20,000 nt of DNA from an uncultured virus (IMG/VR IMGVR_UViG_3300028581_001913) (IMGVR_UViG_3300028581_001913); one strand, 5' to 3'; counted from the stretch's first letter, positions 7,338-15,281 are shown. Program-made: numbers and translations. Notes: generated by a model not told the origin, from the sequence alone.

Positions 7338-7538
7338 GTGACTACAGTAAAACAACGTGGTGCTACCAGCACCGTGACAGGGCCCAATGGTGTGTACAAA
7401 GTGCGCCGACACCCTACCAAACGTGGTAAGTGGCAGATATTTCGGTTTGAAGAAAATCGAACACGGTTGGTTATGAATTGGGATTGGGGGCGCAACGAAG
7501 CCGTGTTCAAAGCCTATGGGTTGGCATCAACCCATTGA
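7338..7538 (+). CDS. Hypothetical basic protein
   Basis: GTG 7338 after AAGGAG SD; 66 aa; stop lies inside the next -35 box. Confidence 0.65.
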   Translation: MTTVKQRGATSTVTGPNGVYKVRRHPTKRGKWQIFRFEENRTRLVMNWDWGRNEAVFKAYGLASTH

Positions 7539-7563
7539 CCAAAAAAGATCATTCTGCTATAAT
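7535..7563 (+). promoter_or_regulatory. Early sigma70-type promoter (probably leaderless transcript)
   Basis: TTGACC (contains TGA stop), 17 bp, TGc-TATAAT. ATG at 7570 is 7 nt downstream, with no SD. Confidence 0.85.
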
Positions 7564-7569
7564 TACAAC

Positions 7570-7719
7570 ATGAAAACACTCGCCTTCACTATACAACTGC
7601 CCCGACAACGCCGCCGTGCGGTGGAGTTGTACAGTCGTGACACTCCGTTCCGACCCAAAGTTGAACAAAACCGCACAGTGTACAACCGCAAAGTCAAGCA
7701 TCGGAGCCGTGATGAATAA
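7570..7719 (+). CDS. Small Arg/Lys-rich protein (49 aa)
   Basis: MKTLAFTIQLPRQRRRAVELYSRDTPFRPKVEQNRTVYNRKVKH; start inferred from the promoter. Confidence 0.6.
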   Translation: MKTLAFTIQLPRQRRRAVELYSRDTPFRPKVEQNRTVYNRKVKHRSRDE

Positions 7720-7960
7720 ACTGTTGACCGCATTATTGGCAGTGACCCTGGTGGGCTGTGCAAGCCAGCCCTATCGCCCGCCCTTGGATGTGTCTACCAT
7801 TCCCAATGACTGCGGCAACAAAAATTCTATCATTACCTGGCTGGATCGTCAGGCTGCAATTCCCCCACAACCCATGGAATCAAAGGAAGACTATGCAATC
7901 AGTCGTGGACAAATTCGCTCGCGTATTTGGAGCCTGCGCTATACTTGTCAGCCTGTGTAG
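7712..7960 (+). CDS. Putative lipoprotein
   Basis: MNKLLTALLAVTLVG-C lipobox; GGAG SD; two further Cys. Confidence 0.75.
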   Translation: MNKLLTALLAVTLVGCASQPYRPPLDVSTIPNDCGNKNSIITWLDRQAAIPPQPMESKEDYAISRGQIRSRIWSLRYTCQPV

Positions 7961-8192
7961 TGGATGCGCTTCAGGTGTGCCCAGTGCAACACCCATGCAT
8001 GCCAAAGAACTGAACTATTTTCAAGTTGACTGCAGAATTGCCAACCAACAAAGAGCCATGCTGGAGAGCATGCGCCCTACTCCGGAAGAAATTGCCGTGA
8101 ACAAACTCAATCCGTTTGCTGACAAGCACGGTGATGTAACGACTCAGATCAACCGCAACCTGTTTCTATTAAAGTACTGTAATCAACCATGA
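7893..8192 (+). CDS. Putative lipoprotein, probable paralog of the preceding gene
   Basis: ATG 7893 after AAGGAAG. Signal ...AILVSLCSG-C. Shares the DC and L(R/K)Y..QP pattern with 7712-7960. Confidence 0.65.
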   Translation: MQSVVDKFARVFGACAILVSLCSGCASGVPSATPMHAKELNYFQVDCRIANQQRAMLESMRPTPEEIAVNKLNPFADKHGDVTTQINRNLFLLKYCNQP

Positions 8193-8749
8193 AAAGATTA
8201 CTTGCTCTTGCCCTGATCCCTGCCACTGTGTTAGCGTCTGAATGTGTGCTACAAGATCGCACAGTGAGTCGATCAGCTGTGACCATTCTAGAACGTAGCA
8301 AAATCACTCCCGAGGTTGTGCCCAGCGTCAACAACGGTCGCAAGTGCATGGTCACATTTCGTGTGAGAATTGGCACAGATTGGCACAGTGCTCACGGCGA
8401 GTATGAATGGGCAGGAGATCGCCCCAGAGAAGAAGCCTGTGCTGTGGCAGTGAGTCGTGCTGAAGATGAAGTACGTACCCGAGTAGGCCGAACTCAAACT
8501 GTGAGTGAAAAGATCTTGGTGTGCTCGGATCGTCCAGACCTGGATGCACTACGTAGCACCAATCCTGGAACCGTGGCGGAACTACATCAATTCAGACCGC
8601 ATCCAGACTTTCCGCGAGAATTTTGGCACAATGGCGCACCTTGCAGATACTTTTTGGACAGTGCTTATGTGCGATCGGATGTGCGCACCTTTCAAGGAGT
8701 GATCTGCAAAATCCATGACTCAAAATGGGTCGTGGTGGACAAATGGTAG
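8189..8749 (+). CDS. Secreted Cys-rich hypothetical protein
   Basis: MKRLLALALIPATVLA signal peptide; six Cys in the mature part; ATGA coupling. Confidence 0.7.
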   Translation: MKRLLALALIPATVLASECVLQDRTVSRSAVTILERSKITPEVVPSVNNGRKCMVTFRVRIGTDWHSAHGEYEWAGDRPREEACAVAVSRAEDEVRTRVGRTQTVSEKILVCSDRPDLDALRSTNPGTVAELHQFRPHPDFPREFWHNGAPCRYFLDSAYVRSDVRTFQGVICKIHDSKWVVVDKW

Positions 8750-8778
8750 TTGACCAATTATCAACTGTGTGTTAAACT
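8750..8778 (+). promoter_or_regulatory. Sigma70-type promoter
   Basis: TTGACC directly after the TAG stop, 17 bp, TGt-TAAACT. Confidence 0.7.
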
Positions 8779-8809
8779 TGCGTTATTGTAAATTGTTCAA
8801 AGGAACATC

Positions 8810-9523
8810 ATGAAAAAAGTGTTAGTAATTCTTCCCTTGGTAGCTCTTGTGGCATGTGGTTCAACCAAGCCTGCTCCTGCGACTGCTATTGCTCCTGTCA
8901 GCAACGCACCTGTGCTACCCACAGAGCAGTACGACAATCGTGCCGCAGTGGTGCAAATTGATCGTGAAGCACAGGTCAACCGATCTGTCGCTCAGGCACC
9001 AGACTGGATGAGCAAACTGCCGATCAGCAACAACGCAGTTTATGCCAATGGCTCAGCAGTGAGCTCGGACATGAGCATGGCTGATTACAAGGCCAAACTG
9101 TTTGCTTTTGGCAAGATCTGTATGGCCGCAGGCGGCAAGGTTGACCAGCAAAGCAAGATTTTCATGCAGGACACTGCTGTTGCCAGCACTGAATTTTCAG
9201 AGCTGGCCATCAAGAGCATGTGTCCCAGCGTAGACATCACTGGCGTAGAGATCAAAGACGTCAAACGCATTGCTGAAGGCAGCCGTTTTCGTAGTTATGT
9301 GTTGGTAGCATTGCCCACAGGCGACGCCAATGCCCTGCAAAAGCGCAAAGATCAGTTGACACTGAACAATCGTGCAGAGCAACGCAGTGGGGAAGCGTTC
9401 AAAGAAATGGAAAAGAATGCTGAATCGGTTCCAGCACCCGTAAAAACCACACCAACTGTACAGTTATTCCCTGACACTACCCTGTCCCCAGGCGAGCAGG
9501 TGATAAAGAAAACCATAAACTAA
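8810..9523 (+). CDS. Lipoprotein, LPP20-like
   Basis: MKKVLVILPLVALVA-C lipobox; APDW...YANGSAVSSDMSMA..KA pattern typical of LPP20-like proteins. Confidence 0.7.
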   Translation: MKKVLVILPLVALVACGSTKPAPATAIAPVSNAPVLPTEQYDNRAAVVQIDREAQVNRSVAQAPDWMSKLPISNNAVYANGSAVSSDMSMADYKAKLFAFGKICMAAGGKVDQQSKIFMQDTAVASTEFSELAIKSMCPSVDITGVEIKDVKRIAEGSRFRSYVLVALPTGDANALQKRKDQLTLNNRAEQRSGEAFKEMEKNAESVPAPVKTTPTVQLFPDTTLSPGEQVIKKTIN

Positions 9524-9532
9524 TAAACGGCG

Positions 9533-9540
9533 TATAAATA
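9533..9540 (+). promoter_or_regulatory. T4-like late promoter TATAAATA
   Basis: Exact match to the T4 gp55 late promoter consensus, intergenic, upstream of the ClpP-like gene. Confidence 0.6.
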
Positions 9541-9563
9541 AAAGCGGCTTTCGAGCCGCTTTT
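9540..9563. terminator. Terminator hairpin with UUCG loop (possibly bidirectional)
   Basis: AAAAGCGGCT-TTCG-AGCCGCTTTT. Confidence 0.8.
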
Positions 9564-9573
9564 CTCACTTTAT

Positions 9574-10143
9574 ATGACCACAGAAACCGAAACTACACAA
9601 ACTCACAGTCAGGCTCTGCATGAAAATGGCATGTATGTTTTCATGGGCGAAGTCAATAACGAAAACATTTTGCCCATTGTGGAGTGGATCTTGCATGAAA
9701 ACTTTGTGGCCAAGAAAAAACGCAAAGAACTGCTGTTGATGATCTGCTCGGAAGGTGGCGACATGGGTGCTGCCTTTGCTCTGATCGATGTAATGAAGAG
9801 CAGTCTCATACCCGTCAAAACAGTGGGTCTGGGCATGATAGCCAGTGCAGGCTTGTTGATCTTTATTTCTGGCACTCCGGGCAGACGTGTGCTCACACCC
9901 AATACCAGTATCCTAAGCCACCAATTCTCATGGAGCAATGAAGGCAAGGCACACGAACTGTTTGCCACCATGCGCGAGTTTGAACTCACACAACAACGCA
10001 TGTCAGCTCACTATCAACTGTGTACTGGATTATCTGAAAAAGAGATCAAAAAGCACTTGTTGCCACCACATGACATTTGGTTATCAGCAACAGAAGCCTT
10101 GAGTCTGCATGTGTGTGACCACATTTCAGAACTGGCACGTTAA
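9574..10143 (+). CDS. clpP: Divergent ClpP-family peptidase (S14)
   Basis: SEGGD, GMIASAG (Ser), SHQ (His), HDIWLSATEAL (Asp); triad appears intact. Confidence 0.85.
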   Translation: MTTETETTQTHSQALHENGMYVFMGEVNNENILPIVEWILHENFVAKKKRKELLLMICSEGGDMGAAFALIDVMKSSLIPVKTVGLGMIASAGLLIFISGTPGRRVLTPNTSILSHQFSWSNEGKAHELFATMREFELTQQRMSAHYQLCTGLSEKEIKKHLLPPHDIWLSATEALSLHVCDHISELAR

Positions 10144-11324
10144 CGGCGTTTTTCTCTACCCAAGGTAGCTGTATCAGTTTTGGGGTTGTTTTTCTTTTTA
10201 GCGGCCTTGGCACCAGGTCCAGTCAAACGTTTATCGGCCACAGCATCCAAGTCATCATTATCTAATTCGTCATCGGGTTCAATTTTGTCAGCTGATTTGC
10301 GTTCTACAACATTGCCATCTTTGTCAACTAGGATAACATCCTTGGTACCTGCTTTGCCAATACCACGTGTGAGGGTTACTCCCATGATACGAATGCCAGG
10401 CAATCCCAATGACGTACTGTTGCGATTGCTGTCATTACGCAACAACCATACCATAAGATGACTTTCGGGAATATCTGCCTTGCTGGCAATCACAGCATGT
10501 GCTTCAATAGTGACATCCTGGCCAGTTTGAACAAAATGCTCAGGTTTGAATGTTTGGATAACCACGCCGCCCTTGGGATTGAGGTCACTGCCAAAGATGG
10601 CATTCATTGCTTCTGCTTCAGTGGGCTCTACCACAATCTCTTTGCTGAGTGCATACACTGGAGACCCATTGCGAGTCTTTTCTAATTTGTTTAATTTGAC
10701 TTGTTTGTCTCGAACCAAGTCATCAATGATACCACGAGCCTTTTTACCAAACAAATTGTCGGCGCTTTCCCAAGCTTCGGCGTTGAGTTTTTTAATGGAT
10801 ATAGGCAAACTGCGTTGAGGACTCTGTAACACCACGTCAGCTTTTTTGCGTCCGCCTGTGTCACGTCCGGCAACGTCAACTGAATTACAATCATTGATTA
10901 CCAACTGCTTGCCACGTGAATCAACGAAGGTGGCATTGACACTGCCATACCGATCAATCACGCTCTGCAACAAACTAGCCATTTCAATTTCGTTAGCAAC
11001 ACCTGCACTTTGATCACCTTGTATTCCAGAATCTTTTACCAAAATTTTGACCTGACTATCCACAAATTCAATTCCACCAATACTGCTGAGTCTAGGATCC
11101 ATGCTCAAACTGGGTTGATTTTGGGGAAAATTCTTTTTCATCAGGCCTAGAATTTCTTGGAGGATTGCGGATCTAAACTGGTCTTTTTTCTCACCATCAG
11201 GAATTTGTACCAGCACACCTATTTTGTTTCCAGACAATTTGAGATCAGTGTAACCTGCTCGATTTAACACTGATTCGATGTCAGGTTTGCTCAAGTTTTC
11301 GATTAAATTGATCAAATCGCGCAT
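10140..11324 (-). CDS. PD-(D/E)xK restriction-endonuclease-like protein, possibly virion-packaged
   Basis: ANE...KKADVVL...ISIKK fits an E...D...(S)xK nuclease-like core. N-terminal [16 protein letters not shown] motif upstream (11355-11349). Confidence 0.5.
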   Translation of the reverse strand: MRDLINLIENLSKPDIESVLNRAGYTDLKLSGNKIGVLVQIPDGEKKDQFRSAILQEILGLMKKNFPQNQPSLSMDPRLSSIGGIEFVDSQVKILVKDSGIQGDQSAGVANEIEMASLLQSVIDRYGSVNATFVDSRGKQLVINDCNSVDVAGRDTGGRKKADVVLQSPQRSLPISIKKLNAEAWESADNLFGKKARGIIDDLVRDKQVKLNKLEKTRNGSPVYALSKEIVVEPTEAEAMNAIFGSDLNPKGGVVIQTFKPEHFVQTGQDVTIEAHAVIASKADIPESHLMVWLLRNDSNRNSTSLGLPGIRIMGVTLTRGIGKAGTKDVILVDKDGNVVERKSADKIEPDDELDNDDLDAVADKRLTGPGAKAAKKKNNPKTDTATLGREKRR

Positions 11325-11352
11325 TGGTATTTTCCAGGAATTGTGTTATACT
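11324..11352 (+). promoter_or_regulatory. Sigma70-type promoter for host-like clpP
   Basis: TTGGTA (11324-11329), 17 bp, TGt-TATACT (11347-11352). Overlaps the minus-strand ATAAGTA motif. Confidence 0.5.
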
Positions 11353-11375
11353 TATGCAATCACCAAGGAGACCCT

Positions 11376-11966
11376 GTGCCAAATTTAGTACCAATAGTTT
11401 TAGAAAACACTGCCAAAGGTGAACGCAGTTATGATATCTACAGTCGCCTGCTCAAAGACCGTGTGATCATGCTGGACACAGAAGTTTCAGAGCATTCAGC
11501 CAGTTTGATTGTGGCGCAGTTGTTGTTCTTGGAAGCAGACAATCCCGACAAAGATATTAGCCTGTACATCAACAGCCCAGGCGGTGTGGTCACAGCAGGC
11601 ATGGCCATTTATGATACCATGCAGTTTATCAAACCCGATGTGCATACCATTGTGATGGGACAGGCCTGCAGCATGGGGTCGTTGTTGGCACAAGCAGGTG
11701 CCCCGGGCAAGAGATTTATGTTGCCCAATGCACGTCACATGATTCATCAGCCGTCAGGTGGCGCACGTGGACAGGCCACAGACATGTTGATTCAAGTGGA
11801 AGAGATTCTTGCAATGAAGAAAAATTTAACAGGTATATACGTGAAGCATAATTCAGCAGGCCGGACCTTTGATGAGCTCACAGCAGACATGGAACGCGAC
11901 AATTTCATGAGTGCTGAACAAGCAGTTGACTATGGGCTTGCTGATCGAATTGTGCAGAACCGTTAA
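11376..11966 (+). CDS. clpP: ATP-dependent Clp protease proteolytic subunit (bacterial-type)
   Basis: GTG 11376 after [51 protein letters not shown]. Confidence 0.95.
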   Translation: MPNLVPIVLENTAKGERSYDIYSRLLKDRVIMLDTEVSEHSASLIVAQLLFLEADNPDKDISLYINSPGGVVTAGMAIYDTMQFIKPDVHTIVMGQACSMGSLLAQAGAPGKRFMLPNARHMIHQPSGGARGQATDMLIQVEEILAMKKNLTGIYVKHNSAGRTFDELTADMERDNFMSAEQAVDYGLADRIVQNR

Positions 11967-13087
11967 TGTTTTTCCACATCTCAAATCAACCTCAAGAAAA
12001 CTATCCTGACCATTGGCAGTTGGGTGGTTTTTGTGTGAGCACTGATAGTGGCTGGCAACTTGAACAAGTTGGCACGGCTCAGGTGTTGTACAAAGGTTAT
12101 GCTGATCGAGCTGGATTAACGGACTTGTTGATGGATGTGGTATTGCAAACCACTCCGCACATCTTGGGCAATTTTTGTGCCATGGTTATGGTAGACAACA
12201 GTCTGACCATACAAACAGATCAGTACAGGAGCTTTCCAATTTATATTGGAAATGGCACTGTCAACAACTTAATCCCCACAGACCATACTGCTTGGACCGA
12301 TAGCATAATCACTGTGCATGCAGATCTAGCAGTTACTGAACACAAGTTTGATGTGATAGGTGGCACCGATCTCTCAGTTAGCACTGTGAATCAAATTGAT
12401 GAATTGTTGATCAACAAAATACAAAGATTTCTTTCACACAATAAACGGCCACTGCGTGTGTTTCTCAGCGGCGGAGTAGACACACTGTTATTATACAGTT
12501 ATGTTTATCGGTTGGAAGCCGAGTATGAGCTGGTGTGGAATCTGCACACCGATTTGGACGAGTTCTATTTGGCCAACAGTTCAGATATCAAAAAGCACTG
12601 GGGCTATCGACAAATACACCACTGGCAAATGCCATGTGTGCTGGCATCAGGTGCCCCTGGTGATGAATTCATGTTGCGCAGTCCTACCACAGCCAATCAA
12701 TACTTGCTGAGTCATGGTACCAGCATACCAGAACAACTACAGCATCATCCTGATTGTTTGCACAGAGATTACTTCTCACAGTACACAGCCTTGTTGCTCG
12801 ATCAACAGGCTGGAACCACAGCCGAGCTGTGCAACACTGTGCTCAACGACTGGCAACACTGGCACTTGGGCAACACCCTGACCTGGACACCACTTAGGGA
12901 TTTAGAACTGTTCAAACTGTTCTTGGCCCTGCCATATGACCAGGTTATAGGACAAATCATGAACAGTGATGTTAGTCTCGAGTTGATTGAACGCAATGTA
13001 CCAGGACTCTCACAGGTACTAAGTGATCAAAAGAACACAGGCAATGCTATGCGAAATCTACGGGGTTTGCTGAAGACAGAACGCTGA
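11966..13087 (+). CDS. Asparagine synthetase-like (N-type ATP pyrophosphatase) protein
   Basis: PP-loop VFLSGGVDT and SGAPGDE motif. The N-terminal region lacks the Cys2 nucleophile of a glutaminase domain. TAATG coupling to clpP. Confidence 0.7.
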   Translation: MFFHISNQPQENYPDHWQLGGFCVSTDSGWQLEQVGTAQVLYKGYADRAGLTDLLMDVVLQTTPHILGNFCAMVMVDNSLTIQTDQYRSFPIYIGNGTVNNLIPTDHTAWTDSIITVHADLAVTEHKFDVIGGTDLSVSTVNQIDELLINKIQRFLSHNKRPLRVFLSGGVDTLLLYSYVYRLEAEYELVWNLHTDLDEFYLANSSDIKKHWGYRQIHHWQMPCVLASGAPGDEFMLRSPTTANQYLLSHGTSIPEQLQHHPDCLHRDYFSQYTALLLDQQAGTTAELCNTVLNDWQHWHLGNTLTWTPLRDLELFKLFLALPYDQVIGQIMNSDVSLELIERNVPGLSQVLSDQKNTGNAMRNLRGLLKTER

Positions 13088-14165
13088 TGCGTTTGACCTG
13101 GTCCATTTTGGCAACAAATTCACGCAGTTGACCAAACTGCTCAGCATTAAAGTTTGGTTGTTTTAAATTGGCAATCACAGCGCCAAGTGCGTTGGCAGCA
13201 TTTTGCTGTTGGCAAATTTCAATGTTGGCCGCCAACAACTGATCCACAGCCGTTTGTAATTGTTGAATCAATTCAGGCCTTTGTGCCGGCGGCACTGCAA
13301 CTTCTGTGAGATATAATTGTCTTGGTTGCCCAAAGCTGACCACAATGGGCCATTGTGGTATCAACAGGTTGATCACATCCGGAATTAGATGATAGTTGTA
13401 CACTGACATGGTGATGTTCACCCGCAGTTCGATCTTGGCATGCGCTTGTGCTCTACGAAAATTTGCCAACACCACAGGCCAATCAGTGCCATAGCGCACA
13501 TATTCTGCAGCCGGACCCACAGCGTCAATACTGAATACCATGGTGATCCGGCCTGGATATGCATCAACCCAGTTCCAGTCCACATGTGATCCATTGGTAA
13601 ACATGATGATTGAGGCTTGTAAATTTTCACGTGTCCAGGCCAGAAACTTGCCACAGCTGGGATCATAAAATGGTTCCCCACCTAGTAATACAACATGTCG
13701 AATACGATCAGCAATGGGCTGCAAGAAGTCAAAATCAGTTATGCTGTCACTGTTGATGTTTTTGATATCAATCAACCCTGCCTGGTGATGATACTGTGCC
13801 ACACGTGAACTGGCAGCAGGCCAGCAGGTTTGGCAGGCAAAATTACAAACCGATCCTGGTCGGATTTCCAAAGTAATGTCTTGAGCGACATAGTCAGCAT
13901 AGGCATGATTGCCATTGCCTCGCATGCTGTCTTGACGACCGTTTTGTTCTACTTGTGCGCACAACTGGCATGCTGTGGGCCAGGTGCCTTGAGACAATTG
14001 GTCTCGTATTTGAATTACTTGTGTGCTTTGGTGCCAAGTTTTCAAATCAACTTGACTGATATGGTTTTGTTGATTCCATTGGGAATCTTGAATCCACTCG
14101 CAACATGGTTTGACCACATGATCGTAGCCAATGGCAATGCCATGTTCAAGGAATTTGCATTTCAT
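13047..14165 (-). CDS. Radical SAM enzyme with N-terminal Cys-rich (SPASM/Twitch-like) domain
   Basis: CNFACQTC (CxxxCxxC), GGEPF, TNGS, FSID; N-terminal C...PCC...CQLC. Confidence 0.88.
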   Translation of the reverse strand: MKCKFLEHGIAIGYDHVVKPCCEWIQDSQWNQQNHISQVDLKTWHQSTQVIQIRDQLSQGTWPTACQLCAQVEQNGRQDSMRGNGNHAYADYVAQDITLEIRPGSVCNFACQTCWPAASSRVAQYHHQAGLIDIKNINSDSITDFDFLQPIADRIRHVVLLGGEPFYDPSCGKFLAWTRENLQASIIMFTNGSHVDWNWVDAYPGRITMVFSIDAVGPAAEYVRYGTDWPVVLANFRRAQAHAKIELRVNITMSVYNYHLIPDVINLLIPQWPIVVSFGQPRQLYLTEVAVPPAQRPELIQQLQTAVDQLLAANIEICQQQNAANALGAVIANLKQPNFNAEQFGQLREFVAKMDQVKRISVLSSANPVDFA

Positions 14166-14173
14166 GCACCTAC

Positions 14174-14266
14174 TTAGTAGTAGTTGCGATAGCCCTTGCG
14201 ATATGCGTCGGCATGATATTCACGGTTTCGGATCATGGCTGCCACAACGGCTCGTAAAAATTTCAT
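14174..14266 (-). CDS. 30-aa micro-ORF MKFLRAVVAAMIRNREYHADAYRKGYRNYY (not in ORF track)
   Basis: Translated by hand. ATG 14266 overlaps the upstream TGA (ATGA), strong GAGGAG SD at 14276-14271, TAA at 14176-14174. Confidence 0.65.
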   Translation of the reverse strand: MKFLRAVVAAMIRNREYHADAYRKGYRNYY

Positions 14267-14424
14267 ACCACTCCTCTTTGTTGATCTTCAAAGTACCGGC
14301 GTTCCCAATGTTCTACATCAGCAGTGCATTGTGGATGATGACTTGCAATGTATTGTTCCAGTCTGCTTTGATAGTCAGACCTGGGAAACATTTCCGCCAG
14401 TCTTTCTAGTAAGTTTGCTAACAT
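14263..14424 (-). CDS. 53-aa small protein, DUF3563-like
   Basis: ATG 14424 after AAGGAA; MLANLLERLAEMFPRSDYQSRLEQYIASHHPQCTADVEHWERRY. Family call is from memory of the pattern. ATAAATA upstream at 14454-14448. Confidence 0.55.
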   Translation of the reverse strand: MLANLLERLAEMFPRSDYQSRLEQYIASHHPQCTADVEHWERRYFEDQQRGVV

Positions 14425-14500
14425 GATTTTTCCTTTTGTTGTACAGATATTTATCTCATGGTTTATACTGAGTACTACTTTGGTACTACTTTTGGGGCGG

Positions 14501-14529
14501 TTGACCAATAATTCGTCAAATGCTATAAT
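14501..14529 (+). promoter_or_regulatory. Early sigma70-type promoter
   Basis: TTGACC, 17 bp, TGc-TATAAT; preceded by tandem GTACTACTTT (14471-14493). Confidence 0.85.
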
Positions 14530-14560
14530 TGTGGCATACAAACAAATAAAGGAACATTGT

Positions 14561-14785
14561 ATGAATCTCAAAGTCAAAGCAGCCGCAATCATGGCAGGTA
14601 TTTTTGCAGGCACCATTGCGGTGCAAGGTGTGTTGGTACTGGCCGCAGAAAAATATGGCCCTCAAGCAATTGTTAATACTTTTGTAGGCGGTATACTGGT
14701 GTTTTTGATCTATCAAATGTATACTTTAATACTAGCAAATTTGGAAAGCAAAGAAGCAATCAAAAAGATGTCTGAACGCGGTTGA
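14561..14785 (+). CDS. Small 2-TM membrane protein
   Basis: ATG 14561 after AAGGAA; 74 aa; two hydrophobic helices. Confidence 0.7.
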   Translation: MNLKVKAAAIMAGIFAGTIAVQGVLVLAAEKYGPQAIVNTFVGGILVFLIYQMYTLILANLESKEAIKKMSERG

Positions 14786-14810
14786 CCAGATATTGCCCAA
14801 ATGCTATAAT
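14782..14810 (+). promoter_or_regulatory. Early sigma70-type promoter
   Basis: TTGACC (contains TGA stop), 17 bp, TGc-TATAAT; flanks nearly identical to the promoter at 7052. Confidence 0.85.
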
Positions 14811-14839
14811 ATGGACATATTGTAACAAAAGGAGTTGAG

Positions 14840-15109
14840 ATGCGTAAACAGCGACTGATTCAAGGCATGAACAACAGCCAAAAAATCCGCTTCATTGTGG
14901 ACGGTGTTGGCATGTACTGTCGTATCGCAGACGTGGAAAACTTTGCCACCTACTCCGCCCAGCAGGCTGTGATCACAGCCCTGCAAAACTTACAATACAG
15001 TCGTGAACTGGCCTTTGCAACCTGCAAGGCACAGCCCACTGGCTGGGGTACCAACAGCGTGTTTGCTGGTGTTCAACACAATGTTCAAGTTGATTTACTC
15101 AAGGACTAA
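14840..15109 (+). CDS. Hypothetical protein
   Basis: 89 aa; AAGGAG SD. Confidence 0.7.
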   Translation: MRKQRLIQGMNNSQKIRFIVDGVGMYCRIADVENFATYSAQQAVITALQNLQYSRELAFATCKAQPTGWGTNSVFAGVQHNVQVDLLKD

Positions 15110-15110
15110 T

Positions 15111-15281
15111 ATGAACTACAAAGTCAATCCCCAACCGCATACAGTTTGGCAACCCGTGGTGCCGTACACTGTGCCCACCTTGGGCGTAAAGGTGTCTGTC
15201 ACAAACACACCGCAATCTGAACCCGAACTCATGGACCTTGCCCAGGCTCGTGCAGTGTTGAAACGGATCATGGCGCTATGA
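15111..15281 (+). CDS. Hypothetical protein (56 aa)
   Basis: ATG 15111 after AAGGA, immediately after the upstream stop. Confidence 0.6.
   Translation: MNYKVNPQPHTVWQPVVPYTVPTLGVKVSVTNTPQSEPELMDLAQARAVLKRIMAL

Noticed and set aside
7712..8192. Overlapping lipoprotein genes as Rz/Rz1 spanins
   Set aside because: Both appear to be lipoproteins; there is no inner-membrane coiled-coil partner, holin or endolysin nearby, and the promoter is early-type.
14811..14825. ATG GAC ATA TTG TAA mini-ORF after the -10 box
   Set aside because: The ATG is immediately adjacent to TATAAT, upstream of the expected TSS, so it would not be in the transcript.
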